Shown here one piece after another: positions 11,190-25,055 of a stretch of DNA of 64,000 bases. The stretch spans positions 106,456,001-106,520,000 of the forward strand of contig NC_086108.1 of NCBI RefSeq assembly GCF_963921235.1, written 5' to 3'. The translations under genes and the position numbers were made by a program. A model generated the notes under the pieces. That model was not told where the DNA came from. It saw only the letters and a list, made by a program, of their open reading frames with translations, and ran no database searches. Each line of letters starts with the position of its first letter. The stretch's first letter is position 1. This stretch comes from Mobula hypostoma. Lineage: Eukaryota.

Positions 11190-14100
11190 ATGAGGAAATT
11201 TGCAATGCTGGAAATCCAAGCAACTCACACACAAAATGCTGGAGGAACTCAGCAGGCCAGGCAGCATCTATGGAGAAGAATTGACAGTCAATGTTTCGGG
11301 CCAAGACCCTTCATCAGGATTGGGAGAATAGATGAGAAGTCAGAGGAAGAAGTACAAGGTGATAGGTGATACTGGGAGGGGGAGGGGTGAAGTAAAGAGC
11401 TGGGAAGTTGATTGCTGAAAGAGATAAATGGCTGGAGAAGGGGAAATCTGAAAGGAGAGGGTAGAAGATCATGGAAGAAAGAGAAGGGGAAGAAGCACCA
11501 GAGGGAGGTGAAGGGCAGGTAAGGAGAAAAGATGAGAAAGGGAAACGGGAATGGGGGAATAGTGAAGGGGGCAATTAGCCTCATCATGGCAGTAGACGAG
11601 CTCATAGATTGACATGTCTGAATGGGAATAGGTAGTAGAATTGAAATGGGTGGACATCGGGAGATCCCGCCTTTTGTAGGTGTTCGGTGAAGCAGTCTTC
11701 CAATCTACACTGGGTCTCATCGATATACAGGAGGCCACACCAGGAGCACTGGATACATTAGGTGACCACAATAGACTCATTGGTGAAGTGTCACCTCACC
11801 AGGAAGGACTGTTTGGGGCCCTGATTGGTAGTGAGGGGGGAAGTATAGGGGCAAATGTGACACTTGTTCCACTTTATAAGTGCCAGGAGGGAGATCAGTG
11901 GCGAGGGATGAATGGAAAAGGGAGTCAAGTAGGGAGCAATCCCTGCAGAAAGCGGAAAATTGAGGGGAGGAAAAGACGGCTTGGTAGCTGACAAAAAGGC
12001 AGGCCATAGTAGGGAATCCATATAACTGCCCATGGCTATACTTTTAGTCATAGTCATAGTTTATTGATCCTGGGGGAAACTGGTTTTCGTTACAGTTGCA
12101 CCATAAATAATAAATAGTAATAGAACCATAAATAGTAAAATAGTAATATGTAAATTATGCCGTAAATTATGTAATAAGTCCAGGACCAGCCTATCGGCTC
12201 AGGGTGTCTGACCCTCCAAGGGAGGAGTTGTAAAGTTTGATGGCCACAGGCAGGAATAACTTCCTATGACGCTCTGTGTTGCATCTCGGTGGAATGAGTC
12301 TCTGGCTGAATGTACTCCTGTGCCCACCCAGTACATTATGTAATGGGTGGGAGACATTGACCAAGATGGCATGCAACTTAGACAGCATCCTCTTTTCAGA
12401 CACCACCGTCAGAGAGTCCAGTTCCATCCCCACAACATCACTGGCCTTATGAATGAGTTTGTTGATTCTGTTGGTGTCTGCTACCCTCAGCCTGCTGCCC
12501 CAGCACACAACAGCAAACATGATAGCACTGGCCACCACAGACTCGTAGAACATCCTCAGCATCGTCCAGCAGATGTTAAAGGACCTCAGTCTCCTCAGGA
12601 AATAGAGACGGCTCTGACCCTTCTTGTAGACAGCCTCAGTTTTCTTAGACCAGTCCAGTTTATTGTCAATTCGTATCCCCAGGTATTTGTAATCCTCCAC
12701 CAAGTCCACACTGACCCCCTGGATGGAAACAGGGGTTACCGGTACCTTAGCTCTCCTCAGGTCTACCACCAGCTCCTTAGTCTTTTTCACATTAAGCTGC
12801 AGATAATTCTGCTCACACCATGTGACAAAGTTCCCTACTGCAGCCCTGTACTCAGCCTTATATCCCTTGCTGATGCATCCAACTATGGCAGAGTCATCCG
12901 AAAACTTCTGAAGATGACAAGACTCTGGGCAGTAGTTGAAGTCCGAGGTGTAAATGGTGAAGAGAAAGGGAGACAAGACAGTCCCCTGTGGAGCCCCAGT
13001 GCTGCTGATCACTCTGTTGGACACAGTGTTGCAAGCACACGTACTGCAGTCTGCCAGTCAGGTAATCGAGAATCCATGATACCAGGGAAGCATCCACCTG
13101 CATCGCTGTCAGCTTCTCCCCCAGCAGAGCAGGGCGGATGGTGTTGAACACATTGGAGAAGTCAAAAAACATGACCCTCACAGTGCTCGCTGGCTTGTCC
13201 AGGTGGGTGTAGACACGGTTCAGCAGGTAGACGATGGCATCCTCAACTCCTAGTCGGGACTGGTAGGCGAACTGGAGGGAATCTAAGTGTGGCCTGACCA
13301 TAGGCCGGAGCAGCTCCAGAACAAGTCTCTCCAGGGTCTTCATGATGTGGGAGGTCAATGCCACCAGTCTGTATTCATTGAGGCCGCTGGGGCGCAGCGT
13401 CTTCGGCACAGGGACGAGGCAGGATGTCTTCCACAGTACAGGAACCCTCCGGAGCCGCAGGCTCATGTTGAATACATGGCGAAGTACTCCACATAGCTGA
13501 GGGGCACAGGCTTTGAGCACCCTGGTACTGACACCATCCGGTCCTGCAGCCTTGCTTGGGTTGAGACGTTTCAGCTGTCTTCTCAGCTGTTCAGCTGTGA
13601 AGCCCATCGTGGTGGTTTCATGTGGGGAAGGGGTATAGTCATGAGAGCAGGGTGGGGGACTGTGAGGAGGGGTAGGAGGGGAGAGTGGAATATGTGTTGG
13701 TTGGGGGCCGACAATAGATGGCTCATGTGGGGGATGGCAAGGATCACAATATCAAATTTGTTAAAGAACAGGTTAAGTTCGTTGGCCCTGTCCACACTGC
13801 CTTCAGCGCCTCTGTTGCTAGTTTGCCGGAACCCAGTGATGGTCCTCATCCCACTCCAGACCTCTCTCATGTTGTTCTGCTGGAGTTTCCACTCAAGCTT
13901 CCTCCTGTACCTATCTTTAGCCTCCTTGATCCTGGCTTTCAGGTCCCTCTGTATTGCCTTCGGCTCCTCCCTAGTTCCATCTCTAAACGCCCTCTTTTTA
14001 GCGTTCAGGATGTCCTTAATGGTTTTGGGTTGAATGAAGTGCTAGAAACCAAAGGAGAAATTATTAAGAGTGAGGACAGTTACCCAGATGGAGAAGAGTG

Positions 14101-14390
14101 GTGGTGGAGGGGAGTCAGGTTGGGTCTGCTGTCTATAAAGAAGTAGAGTGCTTTAAGGCCCTCCTGATGGGCGATGAAGATGGATAGGGACTGGACATCC
14201 ATAGGTGAAAATGAGACCTTCGGGGCCAGGGAACTTGAAGTCATTGAAAAGACCCAAAACGTGTGAGGTGTCATGGATGTAGTTTGAAGTATCAAACTAG
14301 AAATTGATAGGTGAGACAAGTTGAGAGGGAAGGTGGGTGTGGATGAGGGTGGTTGAAATGAGAAGCTGGGACAGGATAGAGAAATGACCT
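11190..14390 (-). mobile_element. Penelope-like element remnant (RT, GIY-YIG and pLTR), split by the Rex1 at 12045-14022
   Basis: RT motifs MDVQSL...HQEGLKAL, then LTLNNFSF..HFIQ | TKSIAMG across the insertion; GIY-YIG tail THFNSTTYSHSDMSI; hammerhead at 11286-11320. Confidence 0.85.
12045..14022 (-). mobile_element. Rex1/Babar LINE, young, 5'-truncated, one frameshift near 13020
   Basis: ORFs 12894-13607 and 12191-13024: KAAGPDGV, WKTSCLVPVPK, LQFAYQ, TGAPQGTVLSPFLF, QKFSDDSAIVG; (TATGAC)n tail; 3' part near-identical to 43764-44340. Confidence 0.95.
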
Positions 14391-14699
14391 TCACCTAGAA
14401 GATGTATAGATGGGCAACACCAGGAGTTGAAAAGACTGACCCAGGACAGGGGACTCTGTCAAGCTGCCGTTGGCAACCGATGCCACAGTAGGCGGTAGGC
14501 GTGACAGGCTTAAGAAGAAGAATATCTGTGCAGTAAGTAACAGCGAAATGCCACCCACAATACCAAGCCCTAACTCTAATGCAGATCCAGAATTGAATGT
14601 CAGATACGGACTGAAATAATGCTGAAATTGGTTCAAAAACAGTTATAACTTTGCAGTTAAGGGATTGCAGCAGCAATAAAAATAGCACTTAAGAGACTT

Positions 14700-15106
14700 C
14701 CTTACTGACAGATGAATGTATATCACCAAAAAGTCATGCAAATATCTACAGGCGAACTGTGGAGAACATACTAATCTGTTGCATCACCATCTGGTATGCA
14801 GGGGGTCACCGCACAGGATCAGATAAAGCTGCAGTAATTTGAAAACTCAGACAACTCCATCAAGGGAACTTGCCTCCTCAGCAATAGACTACTATTACTA
14901 CGTCGACTCAGGCCTAGGGGGACGGTGCTGGGCACGATGATGGACTCTCCACTTCTCCATCTCCCTCATCAGTGTGTTCAGTTCATCTACATAAAGCAAC
15001 AGAGGACACCTTCAAAAGGCAGTATCCATCATTAAAGACCCCAACACCCAAGACATGCCCTCTTCTCATTGCTACCTTCAAGGAAGAGGTAGAGAATGCT
15101 GAAGTC
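14700..15106 (+). mobile_element. Old Rex1 3' fragment hosting a ~105-bp retroposon (14889-14994) and the long CR1; resumes at ~18910-19170
   Basis: YRRTVENILICCITIWY motif; the small insertion is flanked by AGCAATAGA/AGCAACAGA. Confidence 0.65.
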
Positions 15107-15107
15107 A

Positions 15108-18100
15108 TAGAAACATAGAAAACCTACAGCACAATACAGGCCCTTCGGCCCACAAAGCTGTGCCGAACATGTACTTACATTAGAAATTATCTAGGGTTAC
15201 CCATAGCCCTCTATTTTTCTACTCCATGCACCTATTCAGGAGTCTCTTAAAAAAAACCCTATTGTATCCAAGTCCACAACCATCACTGGCAGCCCATTCT
15301 ATGCACTCATCTCTCTCTGCATAAAAAACTTACCCCTGACATCTCCTCTGTACCTACTTCCAAGCACCTTAAAACTGTGCCCTCTCGTGACAGCCCTGGG
15401 AAAAGGCCTCTGACTATCCACACAAACAATGCCTCCCATCATCTTATACACCTCTATCAGGTCACCTCACATCCTCCATCACTCCAAGGAGAAAACACCA
15501 AGTTCACTCAACCTATTCTCATAAGGCATGCTCCCCAATCCAGGCAATGTCCTTGTAAATCTCCTCTGCACCCTTTCTATTGTTTCCACATCTTTCCTGT
15601 AGTGAGGTGACCAGAACTGAGCACAGTACTCCAAGTGAGGTCTGACTAGGGACCTATATAGCTGTAACATTACCTCTCGGCTCTTAAACTCAATCCCATG
15701 GTTGACAAAGGCCAATGCACAGTATGCCTTCTTAACCACAGAGTCAACCTGTACAGCGGCTTTGCGTATCCTATGGACTCTGACCTCAAGATTCCTCTGA
15801 TTCTCCACACTGCCAAGAGTCTTACCATTAATATTGTATTCTTCCATTATATTTGACCTATAAAAATGAACCACCTCACACTTATCTGGGTTGAACTCCA
15901 CCTGCCACTTCTCAGGCCAGTTTTACATCCAATCGATGTCCCACTGTAACCTCTGACAGCCCTCCACACTATCCACAACACCCCCAACCTTCGTGTCATC
16001 AGCAAATTTACTAACTCATCCCTCCACTTCCTCATCCAGGTCATTTATAAAAATCACGGAAAAGGGGTCACAGAACAGATCCCTGAGGCACACCACTGGT
16101 CACAAACCTCCATGCAGAATATGACCCATCTACAACCACTCTTTGCCTTCTGTGGGCAAGCCAATTCTGGATCCACAAAGCGATATCCCCTTGGATCCTG
16201 TGCCTCCTTACTTTCTCAATAAGCCTTGCATGGGGTACCGTGTCAAATGCCTTGCTGAAATTCATATACACTGCATCTACTGCTCTATCTTCATCAACGT
16301 GTTCAGTCGCATCCTCAAAAACTTTAATCAGGCTCATAAGGCACAACCTGCCTTTAACAAAGCCATGCTGACTATCCTAATCGTATTATGCCTCTCCAAA
16401 TGTTCATAAATCCTACCTGTCAGGATCTTTTCCATCGACTTACCAACCACTGAATTAAGACTCACTAGTCTATAATTTCCATGGGCTATCTCTACTCCCT
16501 TTCTTGAATAAGGGAACAACATCTGCAACCCTCCAATCATCCAGAACCTCCCCCATCCCCATTGATGATGCAAAGATCATTGCCAGAGGCTCAACAATCC
16601 CCCCCCCCATCACCTCCCACAGGAGCGTGGGGTACATCTCGTCCGGTCCTGGAGACTTATCCAACTTGATGCTTTCCAAAAGTTCCAGCACATCCTCTTT
16701 CTTAATGTCTATATGCTCAAGCTTTTCAATCCACTGTAAGTCATCCCTACAATCACCAAGATCCTTTTACTTAGTGAATACTGATGCAAAGTATTCACTG
16801 AGTACCTCAGCTATCTCCTCTGGTTCCATGCACACTTTTCCACTGTCACACTTGATTGGTCCTATTTTCTCACATCTTATCCTCTTGCTCTTCACATACT
16901 TGTAAGAATACCTTGGGGTTTTCCTTAATCCTTCCTGTCAAGGCCTTCTCATGGTCCCTTCTGGCTCTCCTAATTTCATTCTTAACTCCTTCCTGCTTGC
17001 CTTATAATCTTCTAGATCTCTATCATTACCTAGTTTTTTGAACCTTTCATTAGCTTTTTTTTTCCTGTTGACTAGATTTTCAACAGCCTTTGTACACCAC
17101 GGTTCCTGTACCCTACCATCCTTTCCATCTCATTGGAACATACCTATGCAGAACGCCACGCAAATATCCCCTGAAAATATGCCACATTTCTGCCGTACAT
17201 TTCCCTGAGAACATCTGTTCCCAATTTATGCCTCCAAGTTCCTGTCTGATAGCTTCATATTTCCCTTTACTCAAGTTGAACGCTTTCTGAACTTGTCTGT
17301 TCCTATCACTCTCCAATGCTATGGCAAAGGTGATAGAATTATGATCACTATCTCCAAGATACTCTCCCACTGAGTGACCTGACACCTGACCAGGTTCATT
17401 TCCCAATACCAGATCAAGTACAGCCTCTCCTTTTGTAGGCTTATCTACATATTGTGTCAGGAAACCTTCCTGAAGACACCTAACAAACTCCACCCATCTA
17501 AACCCTTTGCTCTAGAGAGATGCCGACCAATATTTGAGACAACCCTGTTATTATTACACCTTTCCATAAACTGTCTCCCTATATGCTCCTCAATGTCCCT
17601 GTTACCATTGGGAGGTCTATAACAAACACCCAGTACAGTTATTGACCCCTTCCTGTTTCTAACTTCCACCCACAGAGACTCAGTAGACAATCCCTCCATG
17701 ACTTCCTCTGTTTCTGCAGTCGTGACACTATCTCTAATCAGCGGTACTGTGTCCCCACCTCTTTTGCCTTCCTCTCTGTCCTCTCTGAAACATCTAAAGC
17801 CTGACACCCTAAGTAACCATTCCTGCCCCTAAGCCATCCAAGTCTTTGTAATGGCCACAACATTGTAGCTCCAAGTACTGATTCAGACTCTAAGCTCATC
17901 CGCTTTGTTTATGATGCTTCTTGCATTAAAATAGACACATCTCAAACCATCGGTCTGAGCATATCCCTTCTCTATCACCTGCCTATCCTCCCTATCGCAC
18001 TGTCTCCAAGCTTTCTCTATATGTGAGCCAACCGCCCCTTCCTCCGTCTCTTCAGTTCAGTTCCTACCCCCCAGCAATTCTGGTTTAAACTCTCCCCAAT

Positions 18101-18905
18101 AGCCTTAGCAAACCTCCCCACCAGGATATTGGTCCCCTTCGGAGTCAATTGCAACCTGTCCTTTTTGTACAGGTCACGCCTGTCCCAAAAGAGATCCCAA
18201 TGACCCAGAAATCTGAATCCCTCTCTTTTCTTTAGTTTAGTTGATTAGTATTGTTGAGATTAGTATTTTTTTAAATTGGGATATTTTGTTTTTTTTTCAT
18301 GTTACTTTTGCATTTTTTTCCTTATATTCGTATTCTGTAAGATTTTGGAAGGTTTAATATCTGTGTGTTAACTGAGTTTATATTTATATATGCTAATTAT
18401 TAACAATGTAATCCCAATAGCTTTGTATTAATACCATGTTATGTTTAACATTTTGATATTAATAAAAAGATTGGAAAAGAAAGAAAAATGAATCCCTGCT
18501 CCCTGCTCCAGTCCCTCAGCCTTGCATTTATCCTCCACCTCACTCTATTCCTATGCTCACTGTCGCGTGGCACAGGAAGTTATCCAAAGATTACTACCTT
18601 TGAGCTCCTGCTTCTCAACTTCCTTCCTGACTCCCTGTATTCTGTTTTCAGGACCTCCTCCCTTTTCCTACTTATGTTGTTGGTACCAATATGTACCACA
18701 ACCTCTGGGTGTTCACCCTCCCAGCTCAGGATATCGTGGACATGATCAGAAGCATCCTGGACCCTGGCACCTGGGAGGCAAACTACCATCCGCGTTTCTT
18801 TCTTGCATCCACAGAATCGCCTGTCTGACCCCCTATCTATCGTCCCCTATTACTGCTGTCTTCCTCCTTTCCCTACCCTTCTGAGCAACAGGGCCAGACA
18901 CTGTC
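15108..18905 (-). mobile_element. Long CR1 LINE remnant: ORF1 SGNH esterase, APE endonuclease, RT and 3' UTR, heavily frameshifted
   Basis: VVCLPGARVQD...VVVHIGTNN (esterase); ESLWVEV...GVCYRPP and LDLVLGNE...GDSDHN (APE); [20 protein letters not shown] (RT); (TTTCTATG)n tail. Confidence 0.95.
18223..18488 (+). mobile_element. L1/Tx1-like 3' end (AT-rich UTR, AATAAA, A-rich tail) nested in CR1 ORF1
   Basis: 9-bp TSD TGAATCCCT at 18214-18222 and 18489-18497. Confidence 0.7.
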
Positions 18906-19479
18906 CCAGAGACTCACACACATTACATTCAGCTGGTTCCCTACTGCCATCAGATTTCCAAATGGACAATGAACCCATTAACACTACTGGACTTTTTTAG
19001 CTCACTTCTTTGCGTTATTTACTTGATTTAATTAATTATATATATATCTATATATAAACAGTATATATTTCTCATAGTAATTTAAATTTTTATTATTATA
19101 CATTTCTTCAATACAACAAATTTTACAACATATTGCCAGTGATATTAAACCTCATTCTAATTCTGATTCTGAATCTGTCGCATAAACGTGTAAATGTCCC
19201 TTAAGTTGAGAACATCTACTACCTCAAGCCCTCTTCCCACAAGATGTACACCCTCAAGGAATAAGAATGTTTGAAGCACCATTCTTGGGTTTGAATCTTT
19301 TAAGATAGGCACTGCTGTGGGCTTGCTTCAGCTCAAGGCTGAGTCACCGTGGAATATTTCCTTAATGCGGTTCGCACTGCTTGATTTTAGAATGCCTTGC
19401 TGATTGGAGTTGTGCCTGAGTTCCTGTGGAGGGAGTGAACCAGTTACTTTTCTCCACACCTAAGATTATTTTGCACTTA

Positions 19480-19800
19480 TATATTTCGAGATACAGAGTG
19501 AAACAGGCCCTTCTCGTACAATAAGTTGCGCCACCTCGCCTTGGACCGATTTAACCCTAGCCTAAATCACAGGACAATTTACAATGACCAATTAGCCTAC
19601 TAACCGGTATATCTTTGGATTGTGGGAGGAAACTGGAGCATCTGGGGGAAACTCACACATTCATGGGGAGGACATAGAACATAGAATAGTACAGCACGTA
19701 TGGGACATAAAAACTCCTTACAGGCAGCACTGGAATTGAACTCCAAACTCCAGAATGCCATGAGCCGTAGTAACATTGTGCTAACTGCGACACTATCGCC
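19480..19800 (-). mobile_element. V-SINE
   Basis: TGTGGGAGGAAACTGGAGCATCTGGGGGAAAC is the reverse complement of the V-domain. Confidence 0.75.
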
Positions 19801-20689
19801 CCATCTATGAACTTATCCAAATTTCTCCAGAAAATGCAGGTTCTTTTTCCTATTTGCCTGGAAAATCGGAAACCATCCTGAAAAAATAAACAGCACAGAA
19901 TTCAATGACGGCTAACTTTGACCATGTCTTAGTGCCTCGTTCACTAGATTTCATGTTGGGATAAAGTGAGCATTATCCTCACTTTATGCAACTTTATTCT
20001 GCACTGGGCGTTACCCTTGAAGGGATTATTGGCACATTCATTTTCAGTTGTATGTGCTTAGAACTAATTTTCTGTTAATATAGAAAGGACTCTTAGAATT
20101 AATTTGCTGTCAGATCAGTGGTGTTCATGTGAATATTTTATGATTGTGCATTAGCTGTATTTGACTAAAGTTGTGACATGATTGAGCCATTCGCCAAGGG
20201 AATCACATTAATAATTAAACTCTGTCCAATGCATTGCGCTAAGAATGACAGCATAATTGTGCATTTTCACGGGCTATTTCATCAGGCAGAAAATGAGACT
20301 GCCCTGCCACCATTTAAATGTCAATTTCACCTTTCCTTCTGAAATTAAAACACTGCCGTGGAGTAAGAGAACATGTCAAATTTCAATATCATTTCATTGC
20401 CTTGAACATAGGATTAGATCTGAATGGCTTGATTCATTTTATCCCCAGAGCAGAATTATCTGTTGTCTTGGAATTTGTCTTAGCTATGTCATAGTACCAA
20501 CATACTGTTGTCCACCTGCAGCCGAATCGAATGATGGCGTCTTCAACCTTATCTCATTCTTTAACCAATCGTGCACACTTGGTGTGATCTCCCAGGCCAT
20601 ATACTAACAACACCTTTGTACCTCCTCTAGAGTTATTAATCTTTACCTGCACTATTACAATCCATTTTGCTTCTTCTCGCCATTCCTTT

Positions 20690-21940
20690 AGAAAGAGTAA
20701 GATGAGGGAACCCACACTATTCCTTAGAGAGGGACCAGAAGTGGAGAGAGTGAGTGATTTCAAGTTCCTGGGTGTCACCACAATGCCTCCAAGGACTTAA
20801 CCTGTACCCAACATATTGACACAGCCATAAAGAAGGCAAGACAGCATCTATATTTCATTAAGAATTTGAGGAGATTTAGTTTCCTTGGGGGGAAAATGTT
20901 GACTGACAAATCCGTTGAATTCTTTCAGGAAGTAACAGGCAGGATAAACAAAGGAGAATTGGTAGATGTTGTGTTGTTGGACTTTCAGAAGGCCTTTCAT
21001 AGGTGCCACACATGAGGCTGCTGAATAGGAAAAGAGCTCAAGGTAATACAGAAAGGTAATTGGCATTGAGCATTGGCTGACTGGCAAGAGGCAAAGAGTG
21101 GGAATAAAGGGATTTTCTATATTGGCTGCTGGTTAAAGGTGGAGTTCCAAAGGGGTCAGTTTTGGGACCAATTCTTTTTACTTAGTATGTCAAATATTTC
21201 GATGACAAAATTGATGGCTTTGTTGCCAAGTTTGCAGATGATATGAAGAAAGGTGGAGGTGCAAAGTGACTTTAGGGAGTCCTTGTGCTGGATTCCCTAA
21301 AGGTTAATTTGCAGTCAGTGGTGAGGAAGGCAAATGCAATTCAGCATTCATTTAAGAGGATGAGAATATATGAGCAAGGATGTAATACTGAGGCTTTATA
21401 AAGCACTGGTAAAGCCTCACTTAGCGTATTGTGAGCAGTTTACTTGAGAAAGGATGTGCTGACATTGGAGAGGAGTCAGAGGAGATTCACAAGAATGATT
21501 CCGGGAATGAAAGGCTTATTCTATGAGAAGCGTTGGATAGCTCTGGACCTTTATTAATTGGAATTCAGAAGAATGAGGAGGGTGTTTGATGATCTCATTG
21601 AAACCCATTGAATATTGAAAGACTGAGATAAAATGGATGTGGAGAGGATCCTTATTATAGTAGGGGAGTTTAGGACCAGTGGTCACAGCTTCAGAATAGA
21701 GGGATGTCCATTTAGGAAAGAGATGGTGGTGAATAGGTGGAATTTGTTGCCACGGATGGCTGTGGAGGCCAAGTCATTGGGTATATATAAGGCAGAGGTT
21801 GATAGATTGTTGATTAGTCAGGGCATAAAAGGTTATGGGGAGAATGTGTTTGAGAGGAAAATGGATCAGCCAAGGTGAAATGGTGGAGTAGATTCAATGG
21901 GCTGAATGGCCTAATTCTGCTCCTGTGTCTTATGGTTTTA
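20690..21940 (+). mobile_element. Rex1 fragment (20690-20880) abutting an internally deleted CR1 (20880-21940)
   Basis: EVERVSDFKFLGV; DFQKAF, GVPKGSVLGP and KFADD; CR1 3' UTR. Confidence 0.8.
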
Positions 21941-22419
21941 CAACAATTGGTCTTAAAACAATGGCCTGTACCCATAGCCGCTAGGCTTAGAGGTGATATA
22001 TCAGCAACCTATTTCATTACCTAGACTTTACATCCAGATTCTGTTAAATTACAAAAGCAAAGGATGCTTCATTTCCAAATTGCCATCCCCTGAGATCCTT
22101 TACATGAAGTAAAACACTGCAATAATAAATCCATTAATCAATTTCTAGATCACAGTTGTGATTGAAGGCAGTAATTGGCTTCACAACCTGACCCATGATC
22201 TCCCTTGGTTAATAGATATGATTGGCAAGTAACGTTGCACCAGGGAACAGGTTGCATCTCCCTAATGAAGAAATTGATGAAATCGTTTGGTTTAAAGTGT
22301 CTGTTGAGACTTTAGGGATGTGTGTTTCAAGAAAAAGTACGTTTCTTGCCATAGGGTGACAGTTCTATGCATAAATATCTTGCAGAACATTATGCTCCCT
22401 CTGAGATGATAAATCAGAA

Positions 22420-23160
22420 GACCATAAGACATAAGAGAAGAATTAGACCTTCTCTGCCATTCCATAATGGCTGATTAAGTATCCCTCTCAACCCCATTAC
22501 CTTGTCTTCACCCCATAACCTTTGACCCCTTTACTAATCAACCTCCACATTAAATATACTCAATGTTTTGGCCTCCACAGCTGTCTCGGCAATGAATTCC
22601 ACAGACTTACTACCCCCGCTAAATTCCTCCTCATGTCTGTTCTAAGTGGACATCCTTCTATTCTGAGGAAGGGCCCTCTGGCCCTAGACTTTCCCACTTT
22701 GGGAAGCATCCTCTCTAATTCCACTCTACTATATCTAAAACTTTTGATATTTCACAAACATGAGAAAATCTGCAGATGCTGGAAATCCAAAGCAGTGCAC
22801 TCATAATGCCGGAGGAACCCAGCAGGTCAGACAGCATCTCTGGAAAAGAGTAAGCAGTCGTCATTTTGGGACAGGACCCTTCTTTGGGACTGAGAGGGGA
22901 GGGGGAAGGTGCCTGAATTAAATGGTGGGGAGTAGGAAAAGAGGACATCTGATAGGTTTCAATGGCATCCTTCTCATTCTTCTAAACTCCAGCCAGTACA
23001 GGCCCAGAGTTATCAAATGCTCCTTTCATTGCTGGGATCATTCTGGTGAAGCTCATCAGACCCTCTCCAATGCCAGCACATCCTTTCTCAGATAAGGAGC
23101 CCAAAACTGCTCACAATGACCGCAATGTTCCAAGTACAGTCTGACCAATGCCTTGTAAAT
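22420..23160 (-). mobile_element. CR1 3' fragment interrupted by a Penelope pLTR piece (22755-22955)
   Basis: CR1 UTR and RT remnants on both sides of a GAAAATCTGCAGATGCTGGAAATCC-type terminus. Confidence 0.7.
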
Positions 23161-23264
23161 CAGCCCTGATTTATTCCCTCAATTGATATTAGTTCAATGT
23201 GAGCCCTTTTGCCTCTCTGTAGTCATCATTTTGCCCCATTTTGACTGGCAGCAGCTTGGTCATA

Positions 23265-23960
23265 AAGACAAGAGGTTCTGCAGATGCTGGAAATCCAGAG
23301 TACCACACACAAAATGCTGGGGATCTCATCAAGTCAAGGAGCAGCTATGGAGAGGAATAAACAGTCAATGTTTTGGGCCAAGACCTCTCTTCAGGACTGG
23401 AAAGGAAGGGACAAGAAACCAGATTAAGAAGGAAGGAGGAATGAAAGGAGGACAAGCTGACAGGTGATAGGTGAGAAAAGGTGAGAGGGAACAAAGTGAG
23501 AAGCTGGGAGGTGTTAGGTGGAAGAGACAAAGGACTGAGGAAGAAATCAGATCAGAGAGGAGAGTGGACCATGTGAGAAAGGGAAGGAGGAGGGGAACCA
23601 GAGGAGGTAATGGGCAGGTGAGAAGAGAAGGGGTAAGAGGGGATCCAGAATGGGGAATGGACAACAGAGAGGAAGTGGGCAGGGTGAGAAATTACCAGAG
23701 GTTAGACAAATTGCTGTTCATGCCATCAGGTTGGAGGCTATCCAGATGGAATATGAGGTGTTGCTCCTCCAACCTGAGGGTCTTCATCATGGCAGCACAG
23801 GAGGCCATGGATCAACATGTCAAAATGGGATTGGGAAGTAGAACTAAAATGGATGGCTGCAGGGAACTACTGCCTTTCATTACTGGAAGAGTGTAGATGC
23901 TCAGTGAAATTGTCCCTCTATCTATGTTGGGTGTTAATGATGCACTGGATGCAGTAGATA
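23265..23960 (-). mobile_element. Penelope 3' portion (GIY-YIG C-terminus plus pLTR with decayed hammerhead)
   Basis: Homologous to 56449-57069 (CATGCCATCAGGTTGGAGGCTA...CTCCTCCAACCTGAG). Confidence 0.85.
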
Positions 23961-24024
23961 CAGTAACTTGGTTCTAATGCAACTTAACAGGGTTTTAACT
24001 GCTCAGTTTAAAAGAAGAATCTCC

Positions 24025-25055
24025 TTAGGGTGGCAGAGGAGAGATATCTCTACCAAAGGAGGTGTAAGGTGCTTCTTCTCTCCACTAGCCTGCAGGCCAC
24101 CCTTGGCAAGGTACAGAACCTGCTCAGCCCCTTGATCAAGGTCATGTGAATCCATGGTGTCTGGTGGTACCGTAGATAGACAATAGACAATAGATAATAG
24201 GCAATAGGTGCAGGAGTAGGCCATTCAGCCCTTCGAGCCAGCACCGCCATTCACTGCGATCATGGCTGATCATCCACAATCAGTACCCTTTTCCTGCCTT
24301 CTCCCCATATCCCTTGACTCCGCTAGCATTAAGAGCTCTATCTAACTCTTTCTTGAAAGCCAGAGAATTGGCCTCCACTGCCTTCTGAGGCAGAGCATCC
24401 ACATCTGCCATGCATCTGCCCACTCACCCAACCTGTCCAAGTCACCCTGCATTATCTCAACATCCTCCGCACATTTTACACTGCCACCCAGCTTTGTGTC
24501 ATCTGTAAATTTGTTAATGTTACTTTTAATCCATCTAAATCATTAATATATATTGTAAATAGCTGCGGTCCCAGCACCGAGCCTTGCGGTACCCCACTAG
24601 TCACAGCCTGCCATTCTGAAAGGGACCTGTTAATCTCTACTCTTTGTTTCTTGTCTGCCAACCAATTTTCTATCCATGTCAGTACCCTACCCCGAATACC
24701 ATGTGCTCTAATTTTGCCCACTAAACTCCTATGTGGGACCTTATCAAAGGCTTTCTGAAAGTCCAGGTACACTATATCCATTGGCTCTCCCTTGTCCATT
24801 TTCGTAGTTACATTCTCAAAAAATTTTTGAGATGGTCGTATATGTAGCTGGTGCATGTCACAAGTCCTGATTATGTCACTACTGATGCCAGGCAGACAGT
24901 CTCTGAAGAGGATTGATAATGGCTGGGGTCACCCATTTTGTCAAGACACTGTCCAGAAGAAGGCAATGGAAAATCACTTCTGTAGAAAAATTTCCCAATT
25001 CAATAATTCTCACGACCATGATCACCCACATGATACAACATGGCACATAACCAAC
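24025..25055 (+). mobile_element. RTE-tailed SINE-like element interrupted by a CR1 (24172-24822, minus strand)
   Basis: 3' motif GAAGGCAATGGAAAATCACTTC resembles RTE/BovB-type ends; second copy at 59435-60005; CR1 peptide [16 protein letters not shown]...[11 protein letters not shown]. Confidence 0.7.
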
